Part shown: one piece after another, positions 12,671 through 23,978 of the stretch
Layout of the letters: each line of letters starts with the position of its first letter
Position numbering within the stretch: the stretch's first letter is position 1
NCBI GenBank assembly: GCA_951406725.2
Contig: OX597838.1
Location: forward strand, 23,622,001-23,686,000
Length of the DNA stretch: 64,000 bases
Reading direction: 5' to 3'
Origin: Octopus vulgaris
Lineage: Eukaryota
Notes under the pieces: generated by a model
Database searches by the model: none
What the model was told of the DNA's origin: nothing
What the model saw: only the letters and a program-made list of their open reading frames with translations
Translations under genes and position numbers: made by a program

Positions 12671-13200
12671 GCAAATATTTTATAATAATGAAGAATGAAA
12701 TGGCTGCATGGGCCCGTCAATTAGTGAGAGAAGTAAAGGTAAGTAACAGTCGATTTTTACTGGAGCTGAAGCCAACATGAAGCAAAACTCATCTTGCAAA
12801 CAACAGATTATCTTCCACTCTGTGGTACCTTGTTTTGGATCTTTGAGAACACACTAGTTATGCTGTATCTGTAAACAAGATGTCTTAGTTATGAAGTCAA
12901 CACTGGTGATATGATACTATCATATCAATTCCTCCACCATCACATCAGCTAGTTGGCTGACACTTTCATTTTGGTTAATCTCACTTATCCAGTAGTAAAC
13001 CATACTCCAATCTGTAGCACATTACTGCAGTTAAGTTTGTTTGGGGCTGTTCATTGAGAACACACGTTATGCTACTATATCTTAACTACAAACTCGACAT
13101 ATCACTAGTGACACGATACATAACACCGACACTCTTCACCACCACCACCACTACCACCAGTTGGGTGGTACAGTCTTGTAGTAGTTAATCTTACTCTTAA

Positions 13201-13388
13201 CTCTTTTACTTGTTTCATTCATTTGACTGTGGCCATGCTGGAGCACCGCCTTTAGTTGAGCAGATCGACCCCAGGACTTATTCTTTGCAAGCCTAGTACT
13301 TATTCTATCGGTCTCTTTTGCTGAACCACTAAGTTACGAAGGCATAAACACACCAGAATCGGTTGTCAACCGATGTTGGGGGGAACAA

Positions 13389-13419
<31 letters not shown>

Positions 13420-13601
13420 CATACATACATACATACATATATACAACAGGCTTCTTTCAGTTTCCGTCTACCAAATCCACTCACAAGGCTTTGGTCGGCC
13501 TGAGGCTATAGTAGATGACGCTTAAGTTGCCACAGTGGGACTGAACCCAGAACCATGTGGTTGGTAAGCAAGCTACTTACCACACAGCCACTCCTGCACC
13601 T
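13201..13601 (-). mobile_element. SINE family B, full length (internal (TA)n/(TG)n); about 20 full or partial copies in the window
   Basis: GGAGTGGCTGTGTGGTAAGTAGCTTG..GGTTCAGTCCC head, ACCTTGGGCAAGTGTCTT core-like block in most copies, tail ..AAATGACTGAAACAAGTAAAAGAG; also near 16443, 25999, 27100, 33945, 39533, 45965, 51497, 52748, 53267, 55120, 63488. Confidence 0.85.
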
Positions 13602-13609
13602 AGCTTTAA

Positions 13610-14162
13610 ACTTTCAACATTCAGATTACTTTGACAAAAGTGATGTTTATTGATCACATTTTTAATATTTAATCACATCTTATCCTGTAGCTTCAAAGTT
13701 TTGAGGAGGTCATTGTTTGTTTAAATTAACATTGTAGGTAGGTGTGAAAGGCTGGATTTGGATAGCTTCACTCCACCCGTCTAACACCCGTGGATATATT
13801 TACAAAGTCAGAAAACAGCACAGCTCCCATGACTTTCGGAAACATTTTTTCACGCTGAGAGTTGCTGAAGCATGGAACAAACTGCCGGCATCAGTTGTTA
13901 GTTGTCGGAGAACTGCATCCTTCAAAACTTCCATGCTTCCTGAGATTTGCCAACACTACACCTGATTTTCTCCCCTCCATACACACACAAGCATGTATCT
14001 GACTCATACACTGTTCGCTTTCCAGACATTCGTACATTATTACATATACTTTATACGCACTTTCTGACAAGTTGTGGTGCACCTGAGCACTGTATACAAT
14101 AATTTCATTATTATTATATTATTTTATTTTGGCTGGATATAGCTGGATTAAATGCTAAAGGG
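13610..14162. mobile_element. piggyBac-type MITE interrupted by a CR1 fragment
   Basis: TTAA at both ends; right end ATGCTAAAGGG|TTAA; body matches 16403-17019 and ~46980-47190. Confidence 0.7.
13771..14122 (+). mobile_element. CR1-clade LINE 3' end (ORF2 C-terminus, 3'UTR, (ATT)n tail)
   Basis: ORF 13744-13965 contains SNTRGYIYKVRKQHSSHDFRKHFFTLRVAEAWNKLPASVVSC...SFK; ends AATAATTTCATTATTATTAT. Confidence 0.85.
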
Positions 14163-14397
14163 TTAAACTTTTTTCTATGGTACCTTGGATTGGACTATTG
14201 ATCAGCAACACTGCTGTTCAGCCAAGTGTCTTTACTATGAACTTGACACTGGTAACTTAATACCATTAACTCATTAATTAGCTATTCCAAATATGCATTG
14301 TTAGTTGATACTTTGTAGAGACTATCTTATTCTAAATTTTGATATAATTTTGTTGCATGTGGCCCAGGTATATAAATTTTCTTTTTATTTATGCACC

Positions 14398-14690
14398 CAT
14401 TTCAAGCCTAGCCAGGCTCATGGGCCCGGTTTCTGTGGCATATGTGTTCCCCACAGCTTGACGGGATGCCAGTCCATCGTAGCATTACTCAAGAAACAGG
14501 AAGAGAGAGTGAGAGAAAGTTGGGGCGAAAGAGTACAACAGGGATCGCCACCCCCCACCCCCTGCTGGAGCCTCGTGGAGTTTTAGGTGTTTTCGCTCAA
14601 TAAACACACACAACGCCCAGTCTGGGAATCGAAACTGCAATCTTCCGACCGCGAGTTCACTGCCCTAACCACTGGGCCATAGCGCTTCCA
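14398..14690 (-). mobile_element. SINE family C (tRNA-like head); other copies 17538-17840(+), 41530-41790(-), 48010-48320(+), 48742-49053(-)
   Basis: Head TGGCCCAGTGGTTAGGGCAG.G.ACTCGCGGTCG..GGTTTCGATTCC; TSDs AGGTATATAAA here, ATTGTTTTAGCA (47998/48321) and TAAGTGGAGCAAGA (48728/49054). Confidence 0.85.
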
Positions 14691-14799
14691 CCTAGGTATA
14701 TAAAAAGTGCTGCACAACTTGGTTCATATTACTGTGCAGTGCTGTGTTACTCCGTGACAAAAAAAAAAAGAAAGAGGCCCTGACTACCTTATTATAAAA

Positions 14800-15187
14800 C
14801 TAGCAGTATCGCTCAGCGTTGTTCGGGTTTGTTTCGACCCTTTAGAATTGGAATTTTTGAAAAGTAAAAATTTTGCATTATGTAGCTTGTTATTCTCTTT
14901 AAGTGAACATTTTTCTGGTTGAAATACACCGAAAAATGGTGACACAGCAGTCAAAAAATCGTAAAAAAATAGGGATTTTCATAGAAAAAAAGCAGCTTCT
15001 TGATGTAAATAATTTTTGGTGTTAACATGGTCCAATTTGAATTTTATCTTCTACGGAATTAAGAGCAAGCCTTCTTCTATCATACTCTCAATTTTGGTCA
15101 ACTTGCGCCGCAGGGTCTCGGAGACAGTGTTAGCTGAAGGCTACCAAACCTGCCACACACAGACAACTTCAGCTTTATACATATAGA
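14800..15187 (-). mobile_element. Non-autonomous Helitron (388 bp)
   Basis: Minus strand starts A|TCTATATGTATAAAGC and ends ..CCCGAACAACGCTGAGCGATACTGCTAG|T: 5'-TC, degenerate subterminal hairpin, 3'-CTAG, A^T target, no TSD. Confidence 0.75.
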
Positions 15188-15794
15188 TAAGCATGAACTC
15201 CGTATCAATAGCAGCGAAAGTGAATGTATGGCATGCATGCATTATTGAGTTTGCCCTTAATCTTTCTAGGACTAGAGGCGATTATAAATCTATGCAATTA
15301 ATTTCTGCATTTCAGACCTGACAAAGAAGAAAAAATGTTTCCATGAGGCTCTATTGCAGATTAATTTGATTACAACTGAGTGATCTTTTTGTATGTGTGC
15401 AGTGACCTGGTTCATCAAAGAGACGGGAAATGCACCTGGCTCATGAAGTATAGACACCGAGAAACGAAACAGGTAACAAAGTAGAACATACCACCTACCA
15501 ATCGGCAAGGTGTGTACAGGGTTGTGTCACACCCACTTAGAAATAGCAAAAGCAGTATTATTGATCCGTATAAGGGTGGAGCTATTAGATGGAAACAGCT
15601 GCAGTGGGATCGAATTGGAGGCATTTATGAAAACAACACTAAGTTAGGAAGAAAATTTAACCAAGATGAAAAGCAGGCAGGGTTTATGTGAGGAGAGGTG
15701 GGGGTCACTGATGCCGTTTCCTTGTAATGCGATTTAACAGCATGAGTTCTTAGATAAGGTGTAGCTGTTATATCTAGCATTTGTTGGTCTAAAT

Positions 15795-16227
15795 CAACGA
15801 TTCCCAAACTTTTTCAGGCCACTGCCCCTTTCATACCCGGTCCACATTCTAAGCGCTCCCACCCCACCCACCACCATAAGCACAGACCACTTTTTCAGGC
15901 CACTACCCCTTTCATACCCAGTCTACATTCTAAGCGCTCCCACCCCACTCCACACACCACCATAAGCACAGACCACTTTTTCTGGCCAGTGACCCTCTCC
16001 TTGTCCTTCGAATCTGGGGATAGTGGACTTCCTCTCCTGACCTGCCAGATGTCTCCCAACCCACAGAATGGATGTAGTGAAATCACCTTTACCCGTTTTG
16101 TTGCTTAACAACAACAGACCACTTTCTGCAGCAAAATTCAATTTTCTAGGGGTTTTTTTTTACAATTACCCCACCCCATTATCACCCTGGATCTTTTCCA
16201 CAGTGCCACCCACTTTGGGAACCACTA
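15795..16227. mobile_element. hAT (Charlie-like) MITE with internal ~80-bp tandem duplication
   Basis: Ends CAACGATTCCCAAA / TTTGGGAACCACTA; TSD GTCTAAAT (15787-94) / GCCTAAAT (16228-35); duplicated unit at ~15808-15975. Confidence 0.75.
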
Positions 16228-16402
16228 GCCTAAATAAAACCTTTTAACGGGATATGACACTAGTTTTGTGGTCACTAACAAAACTAGATGAATTTCCTGC
16301 GAGAACTGTACAAACCATGTATGGAGATATCATCAGCAAGGTGAGAGCAACAAGTTGAAGAAACTTGGTGAGTAAGGTTGATGTCCCAAGAACTGCAGTT
16401 AA

Positions 16403-17019
16403 CCCTTTAGCATTCAAATTATTCTGTCAAATGTAATATGTTGGAGTGGCTGTGTGGTAAGTAGCTTACTTACCAACCACATGGTTCCAGGTTCAGTCCC
16501 ACTGCATGGCACCTTGGGCAAGTGTCTTCTACTATAGCCTCAGGCTGACCAAAGCCTTGTGAGTGGATTTGGTAGATGGAAACTGAAAGAAGCCCATTGT
16601 ATATGTACGTATGTATGTGTCTGTGTTTGTCTCCCCAACATCGCTTCACAACCGATGCTGGTGTGTTTACATCCCCATAACTTAGCCGTTCGGCAAAAGA
16701 GACCGATAGAATAAGTACTAGGCTTACAAAGAATAAGTCCTGGGGTCGATTTGCTCGATTAAAGGCGATGCTCCAGCATGACCATGGTCAAATGACTGAA
16801 ACAAGTAAAAGAGTAAAAGAGAGAGTAAAGAGCATGTATTTATTTACATTGTCATTAATTAATCACTCATTATCTCATAGCTTTAAAATTTCAATGATAT
16901 TATTGTTTAATTTTAGAATGACATTGTAGGATTGACATGAGATGCCAGATCTGACCCGTTTCAAAGTAAAATAGGTAGAATATTTTAGGCTGGATATGAC
17001 CAAATTAAATGCCAAAAGG
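16403..17019. mobile_element. piggyBac-type MITE with nested SINE B (~16443-16825)
   Basis: TTAA|CCCTTTAGCAT ... ATGCCAAAAGG|TTAA; body resumes after the SINE. Confidence 0.8.
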
Positions 17020-17994
17020 TTAAGTACAAAAGAAGCACTGACCATAAGGTTCCATGTCATCTTTCAGTCAGAAGGGAACGACAATGCCCATGGCTTATTA
17101 CAGGGCCTCCAAGACTGATGGGAAGATGTCTTTGAATCGTAATCCTCACCTGAATGCTTTCAGACAGAATAGACTTCACTAACGGCACCCAAGTTGCCAG
17201 GTAGCAGTGTTAAAGCTGAGAGGTGGGTTAAATCTCCCACCCAAGTAAGCCATGATGAGATTTCAACTCAGAACACGAAGAGCCAAGGCGAATACCACAA
17301 AGCATTTGGTCCAGTATTCTAACTACCCTGCCCTACCCTTTCAATTTGCCACCCTAAACTGGTACTTTGGTATTTTTTCTATGACCCTGAATGGTAAAGT
17401 CAACATCTGTGGGATTTGAACTCAGTACAGAGAGACAGAACAAATTTCACAAGGCTCTAATGACTCAGCCAAATCCCTCTACATTTACATTACCAATGAA
17501 ATTAAAGACCACATTTACTAACAGCATAAAAGATGCGTGGAGGTGCAATGGCCCAGTGGTTAGGGCAGCGGACTTGCAGTCGTAGTATCGTGGTTTCAAT
17601 TCCCAGACCGGACGTTGTGAGTGTTTATTGAGCAAAAACACCCAAAGCTCCACAAGGCTCCGGCAGGGAGTGGTGGCAATCCCTACTGTACTCTTTCACC
17701 ACAACTTTCTCTCTTTCTTCTGTTGGCCTGCTCGCTTAGCCAGCAGGGTGGCGTCATTTGAAGGCTAAAACAATGCGAAGCGCATTGTGACCAGCGATGT
17801 GTAGCAACATCTGATAGCCTGGTCGGTCATGGTGATATCAGACGCAATTTTTTTTAATAATATTTTATTAAAGAATCCAACTATTGCTATCTCATGGTGA
17901 CAGCATTATTACGGATGGAAAACTGAGTCATAAACTCAGCAGCAGCCAAATGAACCTAGTGTCCACTAGACACATTGTTACTGATAATAAAATA

Positions 17995-18870
17995 TTGGTT
18001 TCAAATTTTGGCACAAGGCCAGCAATTTCGAGGGAGGGTGCAAGTCGATTACATCCACCCCAGTGATCAACTGGTACTTATTTTATTGACCCTGAAAGGA
18101 AGAAAGGCAAAGTCGACCTTGGGCAGAATTTGAACAAATATCGTAAAGATGGACGAAATACGGCTAAGCACTTCACCCAGCGGGTTAACGATTCTGCCAG
18201 TTCACCGCCTTTTATTTTTCTACTCTAGGCACAAGGACCGAAATTTTTGGGGAGGGCGCCAATCGATTAGATCGACCCCAGTACGTAACTGGTACTTAAT
18301 TTATCGATCTCGAAAGGATGAACGGAAAAGTCGACCTCGGCAGGATTTTTGAACTCAAGAGCGTAAAGACAGACGAAATATCTATTTCTTTACTACCCAC
18401 AAGGGGTTAAACATAGAGGGGACAAACAAGGACAGACAAACGGATTAAGTCGATTACATCGGCCCCAGTGTGTAACTTGTACTTATTTAATCGACCTCGA
18501 AAAGATGAAATGCAAAGTCGACCTCGGCGGAATTTGAACTCAGAACGTAACGGCAGACGAAATACGGCTACGCAATTTGCCCAGCGTGCCAACGTTTCTG
18601 CCAGCTCGCCGCCTTACTAACAATAGAATATTGCTTTCAAGTTTTGGCCCAAGGCCAGCAATTTCTGATGTGGGGCTTGGGGGGACGTGTAGATCGACTA
18701 GATCAACTCCAGTGCTCAACTGGTACTTATTTTATCGACTCTGAAAGAATGAAAGAGGAAGTCGACCTCGTGTGGAATTTGAACTCAGATCGTTAAAGAC
18801 GGGTGAAATGCCGCTAAGCATTTTGCCTGGCGTGCTAACGATTCTGCCAGCTCGCCGACTTACTAATAAT
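17995..18870 (-). mobile_element. Cluster of four co-oriented SINE A units
   Basis: Repeated CTGGTACTTATTT.ATCGACC..GAAAGGATGAAAGGCAAAGTCGACCTCGG..GAATTTGAACTCAG blocks. Confidence 0.8.
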
Positions 18871-19393
18871 AAAATATTGAAATCAAGCCGAAATATCCGA
18901 CTGTTAGCAGAGAATTCTACAAAACTGTTTACTGTACGGCGGCAGCTATGTCGGCAGGTCATATTTCATTACACTTCCTTCTTCAACGTACATAACCCAC
19001 ACCTGATACACGTCTAACATAATTTAATGACTATGTTGCCTTAAAGAAGCGGGGGTTTTTTTTTTTATTAATATTTTAATTATCTAAGCGAAAAAAATTC
19101 ATCTAACAAGATGAAAAACAACGAGTGGGTGACAACAAAACCACAGCCAGACATACAAGTTTAACAAGAGTATGGTAATCCGCTTGACCAAATTATAACA
19201 ACCACAAAGTTGACGTGAAAGAAGATATAAAACTGGAATACAGTACTCCTATTTACGTGGTTTATTTATGATAAATTTATGGTTTCATACTTCTATCTAA
19301 TTTACTGTCACAACATACATTTTACCTCCCTACAAAACCACATAAAATAGTTTTCCATGGCCGTATAACGAAACATGCTAATTCTCCACCACA

Positions 19394-19427
<34 letters not shown>

Positions 19428-19664
19428 AATACACACACACACATACACACGCAGACACACACACATACACACACGCACAGACACATATTTGTAAAATACG
19501 GGTGGGTTTCATGCGAAAGTGGGTCTCGTAAGCCGGCGAATATGGTAATTAAAAGGCGGATTTGAATTTTCTCCCACTGTTCTGCAGCATCGTGAATAAA
19601 CATTTTGAATAAACTATTCTGAATTTAAACACGGTGATTAGATAAAAAAGAAAGAAAAAAAAGG

Positions 19665-19695
<31 letters not shown>

Positions 19696-20104
19696 TGAAC
19701 AACAAAACATTTGTATCACAAATCAGCAGTAGGGAGTATTTTGTGTAAATGTCAAAAGCATTATTTCCACTCCAACTAAAAAAATTAGATTTACAGCATT
19801 CGTTCAGAAGAGCCAGTGGTTGCTTAAATACAAGGTTGACCCTGATAGGGTAAATATATATTGAAAAGCAATCCAGCTTCCAGGAACATGTTTACTGTGA
19901 GAATTTGAGCCAGGCATCAGACCTGTGAACAAAGATGTCCCATATTGATCCTCCAAACTTTTGGGGGCATCCAAAGCTTCATCGCCGAACGTCCCATTCC
20001 CAAGGGTGCTACAAAGCTGAATTAGAGACTTAGCTGCCGTGTGACCTTTCTTAGTATACAATACAGTATTATATGAGATTTAGTTGCTGTGTGTCCGTTC
20101 CTAG

Positions 20105-20483
20105 CAGGGGCGGACTGAACCGTCGGTCAATCGGGCACTGCCCGAAGGTCCGGAGCTCTGAGGGACCCGCACTCTCCATGTTAACTTTACTAAAACACAT
20201 ATTCAAACGGACCAATATATACACAAGATCCAAGCTTTTCCCTCGTAACTTTTAGGAAAATGGGGGGTTTTTTTCAACGAAATTTTATAGAAATACCTTT
20301 TAAACGGCACACATTACGATTATAAAGAAATTTGTGGGGAAAATTTTTTCTAAGGGGGTGGGGGGAGGACTTCGGAAAATTCACAAGATCCGAGCTTTTC
20401 CCTCGTAACTTTGAGGAAAATGGGGTTTTTTTCAAGGAAATTTTAGAAATACTTTTCAAACGGCATACATTACGATTATAAAG
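20105..20483 (+). mobile_element. Left end of a hAT-type element with subterminal ~105-bp direct repeats
   Basis: CAGGGGCGGACTGAACCGTCGGTCAATCGGGCACTGCCCGAAGG matches the left end of the MITE at 34348; direct repeats at ~20222-20328 and ~20382-20483; right TIR not found. Confidence 0.6.
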
Positions 20484-20697
20484 ATCCGCATTTTTCCACG
20501 TTATATTCCGAAATCACATTCAACTTTCTACAGATACCCTAGCGTAGTACTAATACACTAAGTAATGATTTTTCTACCCACTTTCAATAATTCTTAATGT
20601 TTTGGCTTCATTTTTTGTTTCATTTTATCTTCAATTATTTTTACGCTTTTTAAACCCTTTCGTCGTTTCTCTCTCTCTCTCTCTCTCTCTATCTATA

Positions 20698-20735
<38 letters not shown>

Positions 20736-20760
20736 GAGAGAGAGATGGATAGATAGATAC

Positions 20761-20794
<34 letters not shown>

Positions 20795-21394
20795 CTTACA
20801 TCCATATACATATGCACACACACATATATACACACACACGTATACACACATACACATATATATATATACAGACACGTTTCAGAAGAAATCTTTTTTTTCA
20901 AAAGCACTTTTGAAGGTGAGGTGCGAAACTGCATCAGCTCCTTTTCTTTACACATAATTTAAGATGACATTTTGCAGAAAAACGTTTTCTCGAGTGTGGT
21001 TTACATTAAATTGAAAAAATCAAAGAAGTTTGAAAGTAATAATAAACGAATGTTGAAGTTATAAAAATTAGTGGTAACGATGTCTGGACGAAAAAAACCA
21101 TGTTAGTGTTTGTGTGAAACAAGTCAAAGTGTATTAAAACAATATCTTTTACATACCTGCTAAAATTACTGGATATATAGATCCCAGGATGTATAAGACC
21201 TAAGCTGCAAAACAATTTTGAAATGGTGTGAAGTGTTTCCACTTTCCCTTAGCAATTTTTCGCGCCGAAATTTTAAGCGGGTAACTATTACGCTTCGATC
21301 TCGTGGGGAGAGAGAAAGGGAGAGAGTGAGTAAAGGGGTGTTTTGTCATTTATGTTTTTTGGGGTTTTTTTCGGGGCCTGTACACTAAGTTTTG

Positions 21395-21784
21395 GGCAAT
21401 CTTTCGTCTCTAGTAGACCTTTCCGTCGATTTCCGTAAAATTTTTTTTTTTTTTTACATATGGGCTTGCGGGAACTTTTGAAGTAATGAGAGCGAAAGAG
21501 ACTAAGAGAAAGCGATTGTATGACGAGGAAGTTCTTTTGAAGTTACCGTGCATGTGAAGCATTGATGTACATGTGTGTGTGTGTGTGTGTGTTTGATGGG
21601 GTGTGGGAGACAGACAGTATGTTGTGTAAGTGAAGTGCTTCTGTTAGTGTGTGTGAAGAGACAGAGAGAGTAATGTGTCTCTTTCGCTCTCATTACTTCA
21701 AAAGTTCCCGCAAGCCCATATGTAAAAAAAAAAAAATTTTTTACGGAAATCGACGGAAAGGTCTACTAGAGACGAAAGATCGCC
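21395..21784. mobile_element. Merlin-type MITE (390 bp) with ~108-bp TIRs
   Basis: 21395-21502 is a near-perfect inverted copy of 21677-21784; termini GG...CC; perfect 8-bp TSD AAGTTTTG at 21387-21394 and 21785-21792. Confidence 0.88.
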
Positions 21785-21883
21785 AAGTTTTGAAATGCAG
21801 ATTCTGAATCTGCAATATAGTGTGTTCATGTAAAAATAAAATCCCCAAAATATTCCAAAGTGAGTGCAGTCCATGATCTTTAC

Positions 21884-22540
21884 CTCCGCTGATTTGTACA
21901 TGCTCCGGTGACCGATCTATGAAATTTGGGGAATGATTAACCGTATGGTGAATGTAACTGAGTATGTTGAGATTACAATAGCCAGCCAAATTGTCAGTCA
22001 TAACAGTAGTTCCTGGAAGAACGTTTTGTCTGATAACATTCTCCAACGTCTCTGTACTCCTATCGGGTACACGTTGAAGAAATCCTTTTTCTTGTTGTGG
22101 TGTCGTAACATCCGACAACCCAAGTTTTGCGACACATTCTTCCTACATTGTTCTTGCTATTGAAGAACAAGCTGTCATCGATCTCCACTAAATGATCTGG
22201 ACCACCAATGGGAGTTTTGTCCTGCAGCAGTTTTGCCGACCAAACATCTCTACAGAACTGGTACCACTGAACGGCAGTTTTTATATCAATGCAATTCGTT
22301 CTTGCAGATATCGTCACAGGCAATTCGAAAATCAAATCAAACACTAAATGAAAAATTACATATGATGGCAGCTTAGAGTTTTCTGTAAATGTACCTTTCC
22401 TGATGAAAAGAGGTTTTTTTTTTGTTTGTTTTTATTACACTTAGCGCACTTTCTATTGACAAACCCGTCAATAGAACGGCTAGAATTATGAAAATTCATC
22501 GAATGTGTGTGCAAGCACACGTTTTTTTTCATTGGCAATA
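21884..22540 (-). pseudogene. Merlin / IS1595(ISXO2)-like DDE transposase relic 1 (frameshifted)
   Basis: Successive frames give C..HSM..SIDG..KCAKC; KTAVQWYQFCRDV..IGGPDHLVEIDDSLF..KNNVGR..WVVG; FLQRVPDRSTETLENVIRQNVLPGTTVMTD..HHTVNHSPNFID; VTGACTN - the DDE_Tnp_IS1595 motif series. Confidence 0.9.
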
Positions 22541-23589
22541 TGTTTTGTCTTCAGATAATCTATAATGTTCTCTGGTGCAAGGTACAGTAAAAGTTCCAAT
22601 CTGGCTGTACACAATGTAAAATAAATTCAGAAAAATGGCAACAGCTATTTCTTTTTAAAGGGTACAAATATTGTGAAGAAGATGGTGTTGATTGTTGCTG
22701 ATGAGATGGTTGTGGTAGCTTCTTGATTTCAATTAAAGTTTACGGAAATAATGTATGAACTTGTGCGATGTTAATCCTTCGAATTTATTTTTAATTGTGA
22801 TAATGAAACAATAGGTTCAGTCCTTACCGCCAAAATTAATTTATCTTGCAAAAGAACCCGACACACATATACACACACCTACACAATTTCAGAAGCATGG
22901 CAACAGTTGCTTCTTGTTGTCAAGAAGATGATGATGATGATGATGATTGTTGCTGATAGATGGTTGACACACACACGCACACACATAGACGCACGTAGAT
23001 AAACATAGATGAAGTCCCATTTTAGAAGTATGTTAAAGTTTTTAGTAGATGTATGACAGAGAATTATTCAATATCGTGTTTACTTCTATGAGGATCGCAT
23101 AACTTTAAAGCGAAAAAAAAAAAACAAGACCGACGTATACAACAGGTATGTATAACATGCTGTTTCACTTGTTTCAGCCGTTCATTTTCTGTGAGCTGTA
23201 GAGTTTGTTGCGCTCGCGCACCCTTTATTGTTGAGTCGGGAGGGGGGATGGATCGGTGCATATGTTCCTTATGCATTCCAAAACCAAGTTGTCGATTTTC
23301 ACGTATGGGGTATCAAAAGATTCAGTACTATTTCCACTACTAACTAAACTTTATTTTCATTGGCAATTTTCATTGTAATTTGAATTACAGAAATTTAAAA
23401 TTATAATCTTTTCCGTAAGTTACCTATCGTAAACATTTCATACGACGACCACGATAACGTCACATTTTCTATATGAGTGCGTACCTTATAAGACATCCAT
23501 TATCACCTTCACTCACTCTATCTCTCTCCATTTCTCTCTCACACACGTGAGCGCACAAACACACAAAATCCTAAATTTGCCCTGACATC

Positions 23590-23978
23590 ATGGCTCTATG
23601 CAACTGTTGCAATATCACTCTTTATGAAGGAGTTCTCCATTTCCACGGTAAAAATAATACTGCCATTACATTTTTCATGGAACACGGTGTCCTGCCGTCT
23701 ACCCACAATTGTCTGACATGTAATTTTCCGTGTATTTTGCGCGAGGAAACGAACGTGTGGCGTTGCCGTAGGATGGTACGACGACGTTGCCAATCCAGAA
23801 AGAAGTGAGGATATTCTGAATCTTTGTTGAAGAACACCTTTCTGGAAAACACCCATGTTCCGCCCTGGAAGATTTTGCGTTTCATGAATCACTTCCTCAA
23901 CATAGATAAATCGAGGAAAATCTCGGATTCTGCCGTAAAACCTCTGTAGGTTGGCGGTCTTTCTGTGCTGAGGTCTGT
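23590..23978 (+). pseudogene. Merlin-like transposase relic 2 (N-terminal Cys-rich part only)
   Basis: FFMEHGVLPSTHNCLTC..WRCRR..KK*GYSESLLKNTFLENTHVPPWKILRFMNHFL, then after a frameshift IEENLGFCRKTSVGWRSFCAEVC, equivalent to KTAVQWYQFCRDV of relic 1; stops before the GG..VEID motif. Confidence 0.75.

Noticed and set aside
12382-12780. 132-aa GC-rich ORF (also 10473-10871, 36620-37072)
   Set aside because: Lies within repeat family D or antisense to an RTE/SINE; no independent coding evidence.
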